From positions 19,282,001-19,346,000 of the forward strand of contig CM060731.1 in NCBI GenBank assembly GCA_030704615.1: a stretch of DNA of 64,000 nucleotides, in the 5' to 3' direction. The notes beneath the pieces were generated by a model. That model searched no databases and had not been told where the DNA came from. It worked only from the letters and a program-made list of their open reading frames with translations. Below, one piece after another: positions 49,890 to 64,000 of this stretch. The DNA comes from Takakia lepidozioides (taxonomy: Eukaryota > Plantae > Bryophyta). Numbering within the stretch: the stretch's first letter is position 1; every line of letters starts with the position of its first letter. The position numbers and the translations under genes were made by a program.

Positions 49890-52800
49890 ATGGTCGCTAT
49901 ATTGAGAAGCTCTTTGAGCAAAATTGGCAGGCTTGTGCTCTACGTCATCTTATCTGTGGCGCTCTTTTTCATCGGACTTGCTAAAGGTAATGTCTACCAG
50001 GTTTTTCAATTTAGACGCTGTTGAAGTTTTGATTCATGGCGTTCATGAATTGATGACGTTTTCTCTCTTGCTAGTTTTTATCTGTCATTCCGTGTGTCAC
50101 ATGATGTTCATCTTTGTAGGCAGTTTCTATGTGACATTGACCTGCATGTCTGCTTGGGATGCTCCCATGTTTCAGAATACTTGATTACCTGGAGAGGTTT
50201 TCAAATTCAGTAACACTTTGGAAGGTTTGAAGCACATGGCAAGGTCTGCTAACATATGCAGTTACCCTAGACTAGTCTAAAGTGCCTCCTAGTGCTTCCC
50301 ACTTTTGTATTTTATTACTCTTGAGCAGGTGGACTGTCCTTTTAAAAAATTTGGAATTGTAGTGTTCCTCTCCTTTGTCCTTCTGAATGGCTTCAGAACT
50401 CTCACATCCAAATGTCGAGGATAGTGAGACAGCTATCAGGCGAATTTGACACCCCATAGGCATTGTCGTTTGGAAAGTGAGTTCGCCCATAATGTCTATG
50501 CTTTGGCAGAATTGCTATTATGTGTTTGTGACTTGAGGAGTAAATGTTTGCCCACCCTGACACTCACGTCTTGCCTTTCAGAACGGATTTTCCTGCACAA
50601 TATGAGAGATAGTGGCCTTTGATGCACTGACACCTGGAGCTAGGAATTGGGTCTTGTTATGGGTGTGGTGATGGTAGCTAGAGAGGACTTCTGAAGATTT
50701 TTTCTTATTCATGTGTCTCTTCATAAGTTGGGATATACTTTTCCATTGTTTTGGAGAGGTCAAACATGTATCAAAGCAGGGGTAGCTCCAGAGAAGCAGT
50801 GCCTCTAGGATAGTAGTTTCTGTAATCCCCAAATCTAGCAATGACCTTGTGGTTTCTAGGTTTCATCATTGAAGGATTGTTATTGTTACAGTACATTTTA
50901 TCCCCTGTAGGCTTCAAGCTAAGCAATGTAAAGAAGGTTGTAGGTTCATCATTTGCCTCTACCTCTGCGCATAGGTAGTATGCCCCTTGTGATATTCAAT
51001 CTGCCAGTTCCTTGGTTGTAGATGTGGGGCAGCCTGTATAGAGGTATATGTGGGCTTTTCAGCTCCACAATGCATCTTTAGCCATTTCCAACGTTATACC
51101 CTGACGGTAAATTTAACCTCTTGATGCCCCATTTACTGATGATTGGTGGAAGTGTACTATTTTGGATCAAGAAGAGGCTTCAATAACGATTAGGTCATCA
51201 TTGCATGAGATCATGGTGGTAACAATGCGATGTGAAAGTGCAGGGGTGATTGTGGGGCCACCAGCCACAGTGATACTGTTTGTGGGACAAATGGCAGTGG
51301 TTCTGGGACTATGGCCACTTCATGCTGTATCCACATTTTATGCAGTTACAAAGTACTGGCTCTGGGTTTGCTCCCTCTCCTGCTTCTCTCAGCTTCCTTT
51401 GTGCTTGTCATTGGGGTAACAGAGATGTTGCTGGAGCTTTGCAAGTTTGCCAGACTGTGCACGTCACCCGAGCTGTTGGCCAGCAAAGAGAAAGAAAGCT
51501 AAAGAAAGAAACTTAATAGAGAAGGGGGCAAGAGGGCCCAGTGGACAAAGAGAAAGAAAAATAGAAAGAAAGGTCGTAGATGTGGTGTGTATGAGATGAG
51601 CCCTTTGTTGAAGACTGGTCCTGGAAATAGGGTACGACAGGTGCAGTACAATTTTTTATTCTGTGAATCTTGAGGCTAATCATTGGCATCTTGTTAGTTG
51701 GAGATATATCCAATTTTTATTATGGAAGGTTGAGGGCGTGGGTTGTTTTGGTTGAAACTTTGGCCTATGGCGTGACACTTGTCCCCTCTGCAAGGGATGG
51801 CAACAGTGACATCTCCGCTTTAGGAGGCAGCCTCTCGTGAGTAGAGCTTTCATGTTCATAGGGGTTTTGAATTTCCAAGGACCCTTAAATACCTCATATA
51901 GTGGGTATATTCCAGTTAGCACTTCATTCCATTTTTGTAATGACTAGAAATGGGAGTTTTTGACACTGCAGGACCAAGAAGGTGGGGTTGGTTGTAAAGA
52001 TGCTTACGCTCCTGCTTCTGCCCATTCCATTGCTCCTGTGGCCAGTGCTGGTGGCTGTGACCAGTGTGCTGGTAGGGGTAGGCTATGGCTTTGGCACGCC
52101 CTTGATTGCAACCTTTGAAGCAGTTGGAGAAGATAGAGAGGACAAGTTCTTACATACATTTGTGGTAATAGGCATTTCCTATGCTCTGAATGATGGTTGG
52201 TGGTCATCCAGTCCCTGCATGTTCTATACACTGAACAGAGCAAACTCAACACAAGGACACAAGGATCCACTGACCTCGAGAATCATTGCAGTTTCTCCAA
52301 TGGCTGGGAAAAATCAAGGAATTTTTGATAGGAGGTAGTTTATATCCAATGTAGATTGTTTTGGAAAGAGATGGAGACAGATTAGTGATAGCTCTAATGG
52401 CAGCATTGCGGGGTCTTTGTTGTAAGGTGCAGGGGTCAAAACCTATAAAGTAATCTTCAAAATGGGAGGAAGACATTGTTATTCTTTACACACCAGTTTT
52501 TGGGCATACGCGGCCATTTGCAACTCTGAAGTTTGTAGAGAACCACAGTGGTTATGTCTTTTGAGCATTGTGTGCTTCACTGCAATACTGCTTAAGTTTA
52601 TTCTCTATTGTTACTGATTCGTTACTTATGCATATCTCCTACAGAAGAAGATCTGAGGTCAAAGTAATGGTCTGGAACCTTTGGAAACCAAAAGAATGTG
52701 CTACACACGATTTGGGCTTTTTTCACTGAGGTTTTGGTGTTCATCTATGAGGAAAGGAGAGGTGAATCTGAGAAGTGGTGTCATTTTTCATCGCTTATGG

Positions 52801-55800
52801 GGCAGGATGGTACCTTAAGCACATGGAAGGGAACCTGTACAATTGTACGTGATACATATGATCTTTGCTTTCATTCATACTGTGATTATCTCAAGGAATT
52901 TCGTGTCGGGGAACCCAAAGATGGCAAGCGTTTTGACATCAAGTAAATTTTCTACCCTTTATCTTTGTTTTTAATATGTTTTAGACAACATTGTAATATT
53001 TGTTTGTTCATTGTGCATTGCATCAAGAGGACATATGTTGGTTGTCCTCTTGATGTGAAGGCCAGTGAATAAAGCATATATATCTGTGTGTGAAAACAGC
53101 CTTGGTGAACTATTACGTGTCAGAACCTCCAGCTGTGCAGGGCATAGTGCCTGCAAATATCCCCAAAAAACATGTCCCAATATTTTTCTCTTTTGTTCCG
53201 ACTTGATGCTGCCGCTTGACCACAGATGGGTTAGCTATGTTTTGTCTGCTAACTCTCATCTGGTAGTTTACCCTTGAGTCTCCATAAGGAAGAGATTGTA
53301 CTCATCCATTCCCTGAGAACTTGGCTTGCCATAGCCTTACGGCCATTGACCCCATGGGAAACTAACCCTCCCGAAGCCTTTTGTGGGGTTCGCACCCACC
53401 AGGGTTGAGCTTATCCCCGCAGCTCAGCTGCAGCATACAGCAGCATATGTATTTTCCCGCAACTGCCTTTAAGGTAGAGGCACGTGCCCGCATGCAAACT
53501 TGGCAGCCTGTTTGCAGGGTTATTGAATTTAGTTTTATAGCCCTGCGTTTACCACAAAAGTGACATGCACTGGTGTGTGCAGGGCACAGGAGGCTTCTGC
53601 CTGGTCTGAGAAGGGCAGATCCATAAGGAAGAGAAAGAGAGTGAGACATACTCACACCAATCTCCCTACCTTTGGTGGTTGTGACCAGGTTGCGGGAGCT
53701 TCCAGGGTCCGTGGCAGTGGGAGTATTGGGGTTAGTGGCAGACACGCCAATAATCAGCCTGGTAGCAGTGATCAAGGGCCCCATTTTACTGATCAAAGGC
53801 TGGGAGCGACTGTTACAAAATGTGGTGGGACGGCATGGTCCCTGCTTAGAAGCTGTGTGTATCCCATTCGCTGGCCTTGCAATTCTTCTGTGGCCATTAG
53901 CCGTGGTCGTGTCAGTTGTGTCTGGCATCCTTTCTAGCCCGTTCATTGGACTTTTCGGTGCAGTTGTTGCATATCAGGTGTGTATCACTGTGTCTTAAAC
54001 CACAGTAGATTTGTTTTCTTGCTGAGATTTAAAAACTACTGTACCAAACATTTGTCAAAAAATTCTTGGAGTGAAATTGAGGTAAAGCAAAGTCAAACCA
54101 AATTGATTTTCTTTCATTTCAAAAGACTAGTCAGATTACTTACGGTGATTCTCCTAATATAAACCTATACCCACTGTTGGGAGCTGATGAAGCCAGTGGG
54201 AAAGTGACGGTGGCTTGTCACTACCATACATGTTGTTCTACTTGGGCCATGGATTGGTGAGAGACTGTCACCAAGTCTATACCGCAATTCTAGTGTTTTG
54301 TCTGTATTATTATGCTTCCTTTCTTCTTTTTGCTTGTCTCTTCTTCATTGTTTGTTTAATGGTAAGTATGGAGATATCTCAATACTCATGAGGATATAGT
54401 TATTATGATTCTCAAGAGTATGTATCCTGACACAAAGAAAAGAATTAAGTTTGTAGAAAGTAGATATTGGATACTGTGTAATCTGCTCTTCAGTAGCTAC
54501 TAGTGTACTGAGAGAGACTTCGATAAGCTACAGGTGCAACTACTCTGTAAGATGCCGAGTTGATTTGTCTCTGTGCATGCATAGGAGTGTTCAATTCGAT
54601 GTGGGCTAGCCTACATAGTGGCTGCAGTGTCTGAATTTGATGAGTACACCAATGACGTTCTACAACTGACTGAAGGTTCATGTTTCCCAAGGTATGGCTT
54701 CATATCCCTAGATTGCTTTGTGAGAGGAAGGAGCTCAGCATGTATGAAGAGCCTAAATTGTACGAAGGCTGGACCTCGATTAATGTTTGTGTGCATGCAT
54801 GTGCTTGTATGACTTTTCTGATTTGTGGGACAGCCAGGCCCAAATATCGAAAGCAGATGGGCCCAAGGTCAGGGGTTGTTGCATCCGCAAGCTTTGATTC
54901 TGGCAGGGCAACAAATAGTCCAGTTAGAGGAGCTGTCAGTCAAGCCGGGAATCCGCGGCTTAGTAGTTCACGATCACTGAGGCAGACCTTCAAGGAAGTG
55001 AGAATTGTGCAGGTCAGTCTACCACTCTTCTCTTTGGACTAATAATTCCCCTCTGTGACAGAGTAGAAAGGGCCCATTGATGTGTTGCTGGAGAAATTTC
55101 ACCACATTCCCATATCGCATCTGACATATCAAAGCTGTCACACAAGGTGCTGTCTTTTTACTCCTTTGAGCTGTATGCTAATCAGAATGGCTGCCTTTTG
55201 CCTTCTTCTGGGATTCTGGATGAAAGGGTGGAAGTGGTTGGTGCAGATATGGGATAACATGTTCAAGAATTTGGATAACAGTGGAAAGGCCCTCATTGAG
55301 GCAGATGTGTTGAGTCTTGCTGATCTCGAAAGATATATGCGAGCAAGTAAAATATCTGGGAGCAAAGTTATTGCAGTTGGGCTTCCTTCTTACTCCTTCT
55401 TCCACTTTCTCCTCCGATCTGCCAGAGCTGGCAGCACTGGTCTCTTGATGGGTAAGTGTAGTAAAATTAATTCCACCCATTCTTGATGTGAAATGGCATG
55501 TTGTCATACTGGTGGTTCAGCCAAATGTTGAAGGATTCGAGTTCTATAAAAATCACTGCGGCCGAATAATGAGTTCATCTTGCAGTAGTTCATAACAATG
55601 GCACTAACACATGTGAGAAGGAACATCATTCATAACTCAAGGTGATAGATTGCTGTTATGTTCATTTTGATTGGTGGAATCAATTTAGTGAAGTCTCAAA
55701 AAATAATGTACCTAGTGCATTGGTCTCTGATCTGACAAGTCGCTACTGTGCTTATATTTGTTCTTGCATCACCAGCTGATGGTACAGAACTGACGATGTT

Positions 55801-56675
55801 CAATAGGCCGCAAGATCGCTTGGTGGACTGGTTTTTGGAGCCTCTGTTAACCTTGAAAGACCAATTGCGGGCTGTGAACCTGACGGAAGAAGAGGAACAC
55901 TACTTGGAAAAGCTGTTGTTCACTCTGGGTGACGCAGCGTGCATGGAGGCTTGGGACAATGGTGGCATTGAACCAGAGGATGGTATACGCAAAGGCGAAT
56001 TGCAGGCTCTTGGCCGCAGGTGTGTTTGGGCGTGTCTAGCATTTCCATGGGTCTGATTATATTATGTTCAAGTCGTTAGCATGCTTCTCTCTTTGCATCT
56101 TTTGCCTGAGTCTTCCCTCATAATGCCACCCACTTTGATTTGGGGATGAAAATGATAATAGAACTTATCTGCAATAGGAAAAAGAAACACGTGTAAATAG
56201 AACAGCTACGGTTTGTCCTCTATGTTGAGAAGTGAACCATTAGTTTACTATTAGTCTGTCATACTCCATAACCATCCTCAACAAACTAGGGGTCCCCTTA
56301 TTATTAAGCATCATTTGGATGTGTCCTCAAATCCGGCAGTGGTAGCTAACCTGCGGTGATTTGTAGCTCGGGCAATAGAAGTTAAGGGTGGAATTCTTGT
56401 GCTAACGGTATGTGTGCAGGCTGCAAGGCATTGCAACCGCAGTGACAAGACTCCCAACACATCGTCGGCAATATGAAAGCGCTCTCAAAAGTTTGCTTCT
56501 ATTTGCTCAGGGGAGGAATGGCAGTGCCTCCAAAGGGACTCCAAGATCTAGCACAAGATCTAGTACAAGATCTGAACTGTCAAGAGTTGACACACAAGGG
56601 AGTAGCACAAAAGAAACGCCTTCCATCTCGAAAGATCTGTCTCTAGATGCAGCCATGGGAGACGATGTTGTATAG
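49890..56675 (+). CDS. Uncharacterised plant membrane protein (At3g27390/At4g37030-like); exons 49890-49986, 51244-51352, 51972-52164, 52806-52942, 53689-53977, 54585-54691, 54838-55012, 55247-55451, 55776-56019, 56420-56675
   Basis: LGLWPLH, GYGFGTPLIATFEAVG, DGT.ST.KG.CT.VRD..D.CFHSY, GPCLE.VC.PFAGL.ILLWP, FDEYTND.L...EGSCFPRP.YR, NRP.D...DWF..PL, RLQGI...VTR.PT.RR; GT-AG junctions. Confidence 0.88.
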
Positions 56676-57623
56676 ACACACTGTCCCGGTAAATAGAAGC
56701 CTTTTTCCATTAATTTGCTGTTCCTCAGCTGCAGTTCTATTGCTTATCTTTTGCAATTGAATACTCTAGTTATCTTGTCTAGTGAACTGCTGCCATGGCA
56801 GTCCTTCTACCCTCAATCTGGTCCTGGAGGAGGAAGCGCAAGTCAGCTGAGAAATGCCTAACACATGTAAATTGTATTATTTGATTGACAAACTGTATAC
56901 AAACAAAGGGCATGTTATGTGATCAAAAATCTGCTTTCCGATGTTTCTTAGGAGAAAGGAGATCCCAGAACCTCTCATTCTGTGCTTGTTCTGCACTCCC
57001 TCTTCCTACTTCAAGGCCCAATGATTTTCATGCAATGCTTGCCTCAAAAGCAGAAACTCGCAACTGGCTGTTAAATTCAACCTTTGTATATGACAAGATT
57101 CAATTACCTGAGGGGGACATGAAGTTATGAGTTGACAAAAAACTTTTCCTCATCTTCTGTCAAAATAGACTTGTGTTAGGGCAGGTCTTGAAGCATCCCA
57201 CAAGTTGTGGTAACAGGCAGCACCGCATCCTGCTTACTAAGTTGTTGAGGATGTTTCAAGTCTTCCTTGCACAATTTGTAAGAGGCCAGACCGATGTGGA
57301 AGTTTCTAATCCCTCATAAATCCAATAAGCAATGTTGTCCTTGACAGACAATATTGATATGCACTGGTCTGCTGGTTCTTTGTTTTCCTCTTTTTCTTTT
57401 CTTTTTCACATCTGGTACCCAGTCTAAGTCAATGAATTGGGTTCACACTTCACACTGTATGAAAGAAATTCTATCCATTTATGAATGAATATCATCTATA
57501 GATCGGCTCCACATCTCTCTGAGCCTAGGTCATTGCGTGTGTGATTGTGAGGAGAAGGAAGGGAAAGAGAAGGAAAGGTGAGGGTGTGTGGGAGCGGTGA
57601 GGAGGATCCAACAGTTGGTGGGG

Positions 57624-58151
57624 ATGGAGGGATGGGATCCCAGCACAAAGTCTACTGTGTCCAAAATACCTTTGTTGAGCACGCGAGCAGGGCCGCGGGA
57701 TGGCGACGCATGGAAGCAGAGGAGGAAGGAGGAGTTCATGGCGTTGATAAAGTACATGGAGATGAACAAAGTGAACGACAACGACTGGTTCAGAATCGCA
57801 CCCAACGAAGATGGCACTAAATGGAAGGGAAAGTGCTGGTACATTCACAATCTGCTCAAGTACGAATATGACCTGCAATTTGACATCCCTGTAACGTACC
57901 CTGCTACCGCCCCCGAGATTGAGCTGCCTCAATTGGATGGGAAAACTGCCAAGATGTACAGAGGAGGCAAGATTTGTCTTACTATTCACTTCAAGCCTCT
58001 TTGGGCGAAGAACTGTCCCAGATTTGGCATTGCACACGCTCTGTGTTTGGGGTTAGGGCCCTGGATGGCTGCGGAAATACCGCATCTGGTGGACTCTGGC
58101 ATAATCCACCACAAAGATAAACAATTGCAATCTTCATCCCTGGCCGGGTGA
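57624..58151 (+). CDS. UFC1: Ubiquitin-fold modifier-conjugating enzyme 1 (E2 for UFM1); single-exon CDS
   Basis: MEGWDP.TKST...[56 protein letters not shown]; ATG at 57624 (the ORF track start is a GTG upstream). Confidence 0.96.
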   Translation: MEGWDPSTKSTVSKIPLLSTRAGPRDGDAWKQRRKEEFMALIKYMEMNKVNDNDWFRIAPNEDGTKWKGKCWYIHNLLKYEYDLQFDIPVTYPATAPEIELPQLDGKTAKMYRGGKICLTIHFKPLWAKNCPRFGIAHALCLGLGPWMAAEIPHLVDSGIIHHKDKQLQSSSLAG

Positions 58152-61100
58152 GCTTTCCCCAGGCATTTATCGATTGAAAGTGTAATTGAATGTATTGAAC
58201 CCTTGAATTCTGGTAAAAAGTGTCTCTTTGAACGTCAGTATTTAGCACTCTCCCTCTCCAGCCTGCCCTCTCTTCCTTTGCATCCCTCCAGGTTACAGCA
58301 ACCCTTCTCCTTTTCTCTTTCAAGGTCTTACATCTTCATGTCTCGTGCCCTTTATCCACCTTGTTTCTCGGATTAGAACAGTGAGCACACGAACAGTTGT
58401 TGCACACCGCCACGATCTATGCCGCTTCCTCCCACGACGTGCTCACCTCTCCACAAACAAGGCCACACCCAGTCAGGTGCAAATGCTTGTTTGTTTTTTT
58501 GGCCCAAGGTTGTGGGTAACACACAATCGATTCTTTATTTGCATTTGTCTGCAATGTACAATTGAGACAATGATTCATGCAGGATCGACTCCTCCAGAGC
58601 TGGATGTGGGTTTAGCCCACCAGGTTAGGTATTTCGCTTGAAGAAAGCATGATGCAAGCCTAGAACTACTACTGTGGCCTGTCGAAGTACATAGTAAAGT
58701 GCCTTCATATTCATGTGTTGGTCTAACCATTGGGCGACTCGAAGGGTGCAACTAGAGCCACTGCATCATCCATTCTCTCATGCCATTCATACATTTCAGT
58801 TTAACTCTCAATTTCCCAATTTATAAGATGGGACCTGCAAACTTTGAAAACAAGGATAGAGGAAGTGGATGCAGTAGTCCCAACAGAGTCATTCACACCC
58901 ATCATTCCTGGGTCTCAAGAACAAGTTGGCTCACACAGCAGCATTTTACACTCAGATGAAGATCCCAAGGAATTTTGGGGTTCAAGGGTTGGCAGCATTT
59001 CTCAGATACTTTGCCAGCTGAGGAAGAGTTTGCCTACGAAACCGCTCTGAGCAGCGAAGAGGGAGCAGACCATGAAGTCGGCCCTAGTGATGAGGAGGAA
59101 ATCGGCGACAAAGCCAATCAAGCGCAAGGTCTCAGCGTTCTAAAACCAGATTCAGGTCATCTTAGGCTGTGTCTTCAGTGGCAAGACCTGTTCAGGCAGA
59201 ACATTGCAGCCTTCTTTCCCTCTGGCCTTCCTTGCTTTAGATGGGCCAGATATATGGGCCACAATTTGCAAGGCCTTAAGTAATGCCAGACCTCAACTTC
59301 TGCTCAACAGCCCTCCAGCTGAGACTGAGGGACAGCAGGTAGTTTACCTTATTCAACATGTGTGTAAGAGATAGGTTGTGGGCTCTCCAGAAGAGTAGGG
59401 TAGGCAGGAGCTCAGGCAAACAGGATCAGTTCACCATAGGCTTGGCCGCACATGACTGATAGGGTGAAAGACTTCCTTGAACAATGTGAAGATATCTGCA
59501 GTTGAAAGTCAACAAGGACAATCTGAAAGTCGGGAAATTATCAGCGTTGCACAGTGTATTTGAGACGTGTATTTTGCATGGTCACTAGTTTGCTAACCCT
59601 TGGATCCCTCTTCAGTCTTTTCCTGGCACATTTTTCACTTAATTTCTGTATGCCAATTGCTTCTCCTGGCCATGGCGCAATGCAGTCTGGACCTCTTTTC
59701 ATATGTTGAAATCATCTCATGCTGGACATGGGTACATACAGGGCACATGTGCTATGTCTGCTGAGGGTTTGTAAAATTCTGGACTGGCTGTTGAGCAACA
59801 TTGCTTCACCCTGGCAACCCAAAAGAAACAGAGTTATGCACTTGGTCTAGACACCAAAAGTCTGTTTTGACAAATACAAGGTCGTGCTACAAAACATAAC
59901 CTGTCAACTGTGCTAGCAATCAGAAGTTGCAGGATGTTTGTCATTGATATTGTCATTGTTTCCAGACCCCTTGACAGCTCTGTAGGCTGCTCCTAAGGTA
60001 TACCAATTGCATGTGTCAAACACTAAACATGATATGGTAATGTATACACAGTGCATGCCATGGGATTTGCACCGGACTCGTCATGGCGTACGTCAATCCG
60101 CGAGAGGAGCCTTTTATGGACTAGGTAGCCACGTAGGCAAAATGCCTCCAAACCTCGGTTATGGGATCAGAGCAGACGAGGTTTGTTTCCTCTCCGAAAT
60201 CGAATGAGCGGAGCTGAGCTACATGGGGCCTGCCTTGCTATCCACCCCCCATGCCGTCGCGAGTCGCACACCGTGATCGAGCACAAGGCCGGCCAACAAG
60301 GTAGGCGCCAACAAGGAGGCCTACGCCGGTCCATGCACTCAGATTGGGACATAGCGGCCTTGGAGTCACTCGCGTAAGTGTTGAGCATAGGTCATGGTGT
60401 GGTGTTAACCTAACTAAAGCAGGTCCTTACTTTGGAGAGGGCGATTATCACGATATCGAGTTGCACATATTTCCAGTATAACAAACTTCCGAGGAGGCGG
60501 AACTCTGACATCATGGTGCGTCAAACTGAAACACAGTTTGGAAACGTCTGGAATCAAAGGACGCGATTCCTAAGCTCTTGCGGGTCTGTGGTACCCCCTT
60601 GCTCTCTTTCACCTTGCTTTTAAACTTTTGTCTTCCAACCCTCTTTTCTTGAGAATTGCTTTCTGAAACTAACGGCATTCCATATATCAAGGTTTTCAGC
60701 TCAGCTCGGCCGGTCTCCCTTTGTTGTGATTCAGTTGTCTCCTTGCCACTTCCTGATCTCCCTTGCCCTTGCGTTTGAACCCTGTTCCTTCTTTGTTGGT
60801 TCGCCTAGGTCAACAGCTTAGACACATTTCACAAATCAAAGTTCATTTTGTCAAAATGGTTGTTCGACACCCTTATCCCACAAGCCTTCCGGCTTGCTGT
60901 GGAGGTTATACGTTATCTTTCATTCTTCATTCCTTATCAAAGCGGGGCCCCATCATTAATTCTGGTCAATAGCTTACAACATAAATTTTCCTCCTTCTCT
61001 TCCTCTGCCATTACTAGGACGATGTACAACAAGCTGGTAATTTTACTTTAATTGTTTGCCACTCTCAGATAATCAGGAGGGCTGAAACCCGGCAATAGGG

Positions 61101-62056
61101 GCAGTATCCTGCAGGGACTATACCCTTAAGCCAAGTCATGGCCACTGTGTGCAAGTAACAAACAGTGAGTACATTCACTGTATTTGCCTTTCTTCTCCAT
61201 ATTATAAGTCCAACTCCCCCGCTTGCAAACCCCCCTGCCCTACCAAAACGCTCGACATGTTCCACTGTTCTTCCAGATGCTATATTTACTAGCGCACATG
61301 TATTAAATCCGTATGACAGAGTTAGGTGCTCATACCCACTCAACTGTTGTTGAGTGAATTCAGTGGCCTCCACTTTTCCATAGTGTACGCAACTCCACCT
61401 TCCGCGACTATTCGTACCTATGTTTGTATCATCATCTTCTATCCTCGCCCACTTGTCTCTTCAGTTCTTGTTTCTTATGTTGCCTCCAGTCTTTAAGCCT
61501 TTCATTGGAAGTTGGTGGGAGGTCAGTCATTTTCTCTAGAGTGCCTGCCATCTACCCCATGATTTAGGGCCTCGACAATTAAAGCACTGCCGCTTTGTCT
61601 GATGTGGTTTTGTGTTGTCCAGCATGCAACTGTAGCCATAGCTGGTTGAAAATGACCTTCGTCTGAGAAGTCTTAACATTAGGCATCATTCTTACTCCTT
61701 CCCTTGTGGGTAAAGAGTAGTCAGGAATTGCATCATGGATGCTCATAGGCTTTGGTGTGGCTACTTACAGCTGAGAGTCCTGTATTCTTGTGTCCTGTTA
61801 TGACGTCGTTGAGTCACCCTGCATCATTATATTCCAGCATGAATTTGTGAACAGCAATACTTGTGAATCCTTCCCAAAATGCCTTGTTTTAAGGTGTTCA
61901 CTGTCTCCCATGATCTCCAAACTCTAGTCTGTGTGAGAGAGAGTAAGAGGATAGAAGCTGAAGTGTGTCACTGTGTTTTTAGGAATCAGATTTGAAGCAG
62001 TGAAGCACAAGTGCCAGATCCGACCTCTAAATTATATTGGATAACAACTATCAGAC

Positions 62057-64000
62057 ATGCAACCTTTTCCCAGCATCGATGAAACTGTTGCCCCAGACCC
62101 AACAGATTTGTGGGGTCCGTACGTTCGAAGGGCTCCATATCCTACCAACACTCCATGGCTGAACTTTGTGCTCAACAAAGGAACGTGTCCCGAGTACATA
62201 CATCCTTTCTTAGTCCAAGCTCAGGACGGCCATCTCTCTATCTGCTATCCGACGAGAGCTGTCCAACCAGGATTCATCTTCCAAGTCTTTGTTGCTAATT
62301 TGACTCTGCATTTACAAGAAGGTTGTGGGTGTCACGCTGTTTCACACTATGATGATCTTAGTGTGACCCTTGATTTTGGAGGATTGCTCACAGTGCCCTT
62401 AGTGAGAGGGAGTCCTTATATCACTGTGATCTGCAATGGAGGCACGCCTTTTTTTTCTACCATCCATGCAGTTCTTGATTTGTGGTCCAATGCAGAAGAG
62501 ACCAAGTATCGAATTACAATGAACAATGGTCAAGTCTGGTTGGTCTACTCTTCAGGGCCCTTGCATTTATCAACAGAGCTGCAAGTCGAGAGTGCTTTCA
62601 GGGGGGTCTTGAGAATAACTGTGATTACGGAAGGGGAAGCATCAGAGAGCATTCTTGATCGCTTTAGCACATGTTATGCTGTGGGGGGCATAGCAGATTT
62701 CTCTGTACCATTCCAAATAAAGTATCGTTGGAAGAAACAGGGGTGGGGTGACCTGCTTATGCTTAGCCTTCCTCTGCACAGAGAGATACTATCTAATCCC
62801 TTGGAGAGAATTTCAGGCCTTACATTCAACAGCATGGATGGCGCACTTGAAGGTTTAGTGGGCCACATATGGGTCTTACAGGAGAGGCCCATTTCTGTTG
62901 GTTGGTATTCATCAAAGGTGATTGAAGACCCTGCCGCCCGTGCTCAGGTGGCTGAAGCATTAGAGTGGGATGTAAGTCAGCTGTCCACAATAGGCACCGC
63001 CTCAACTTACTTCTTTGGAAAAGCTGTTGCCCGCGCAGCTCGGTTGGCTCTGATTGCTGAAGAGCTAAGCCTTCCTCGCATTGTTGGCAAAGTCCATGAA
63101 TTCCTTGTCTCTTCCATTACTCCATGGTTTGATGGAACATTTGCTGGCAATGCACTTTTGTATGACAGAAAGTGGGGAGGGGTGATCAGTAGAGATGGAT
63201 CCAGAGACGCAGGTGCCGATTTTGGGCTGGGTATCTACAATGATCATCATTACCACATGGGTTACTTTGTTTATGCAGGTAAGCCGACACGACACCCAAC
63301 CTACTTGGTTTGAAACAATGTGATTGCTCGCCAGAATTCTCTCCTAGTACTTTTGACAATTCCCTCCTAATTGTGGAACTCCTTCATCACAGGGCATTTT
63401 TTGTCTAGTCACCTGCTTGGAAAAAACAAAGTAACTCTGCAACTGCACTGCACTTAAATTGTATAGCAAATCAGCAGTCAGGTGTTGGCAGTATTCTAGC
63501 TGATTCAAATTCTATAGACTATCAAAAGTAAGCTTCCTCACAATAACCTGAGGCAATCCAACCTAGAGGACTAGGTTTTAGTATCTCCGGCTCACCACCT
63601 TAGTATCTCAGTGAAGTCATATGACTAATTAGTAGCTCTGAAATTCTTTCCAGAGTTGCATGCTGAAATACAACTCCAATCACTCAGTTAGAAGCAGATG
63701 TGTGCACACTGCTGTACACTGACCATATTCGAGATCCCTTTAAGAGGCAAGAATTGGCAAGGTCTGAAGATACTTCTTGTTTCATATCCTTTTGCATCTG
63801 TGATTTGTAGTGCAAAATGCACTAGCCTGAGTGGCGATGGGAAACGCAGGAGCGGTTTTGGCGAAGCTGGACCCTGGCTGGGGCCGTGCCTACAGGCAGC
63901 ACTTGTATGCCGTCGTGGCGGACTACATGAACGTCGATCCAACGAACAAATTATTTCCTCGTCTACGAAACTTCGACGCTTTCGTGCTACACTCGTGGGC
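62057..64000 (+). CDS. Glycoside hydrolase family 81 endo-1,3(4)-beta-glucanase; exons 62057-63278 and 63850->64000, truncated by window end
   Basis: PTN.PW.NF.L..G..PEYIHP, LVRGSPYIT, GWGDLLML, YF.GK..ARAARLALIAEE, ADFG.GIYNDHHYH.GYF; exon 2 AVLAKLDP.WG...FPRLRNFD.F.LHSW. Confidence 0.94.

Noticed and set aside
58800-60400. Possible pseudogene or TE remnant between UFC1 and GH81
   Set aside because: Short interrupted frames with no identifiable domain or termini.

Overview
Eukaryotic land-plant nuclear DNA with GT-AG spliced genes. PLS/E-class PPR fragments and an axonemal dynein fragment point to a lineage with flagellated sperm, most likely a bryophyte, lycophyte or fern (inference). Host genes: the 5' end of a probable PMT/DUF248 methyltransferase (-), DUF3537 membrane protein, an intronless double-AP2 WRINKLED/ADAP-like factor, cytosolic iPGAM, an At3g27390/At4g37030-like membrane protein, UFC1 and a GH81 beta-1,3-glucanase (cut by the window end). 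The most notable structure is a 16.6-kb tandem pair of related rolling-circle (Helitron-like) elements at 15008-22824 and 22839-31639 (- strand). Their ends combine a canonical CTAG 3' terminus, 11-bp asymmetric subterminal inverted repeats (Helentron/Helitron2-like) and GNA-triloop mini-hairpins. The first carries a truncated PIF1 helicase fused to a Ulp1/C48 protease, and both are packed with captured host exons (SUMO, NTRC, PAL, DPB4/NF-YB, PPR, WD40, dynein, USP) plus nested SINE, CACTA and LINE pieces. Also present: two hAT MITEs with 8-bp TSDs, a four-copy tRNA-derived SINE, two RTEX-like LINE families stacked in an iPGAM intron, and copia remnants. All calls were made by eye from the sequence; no searches were run.
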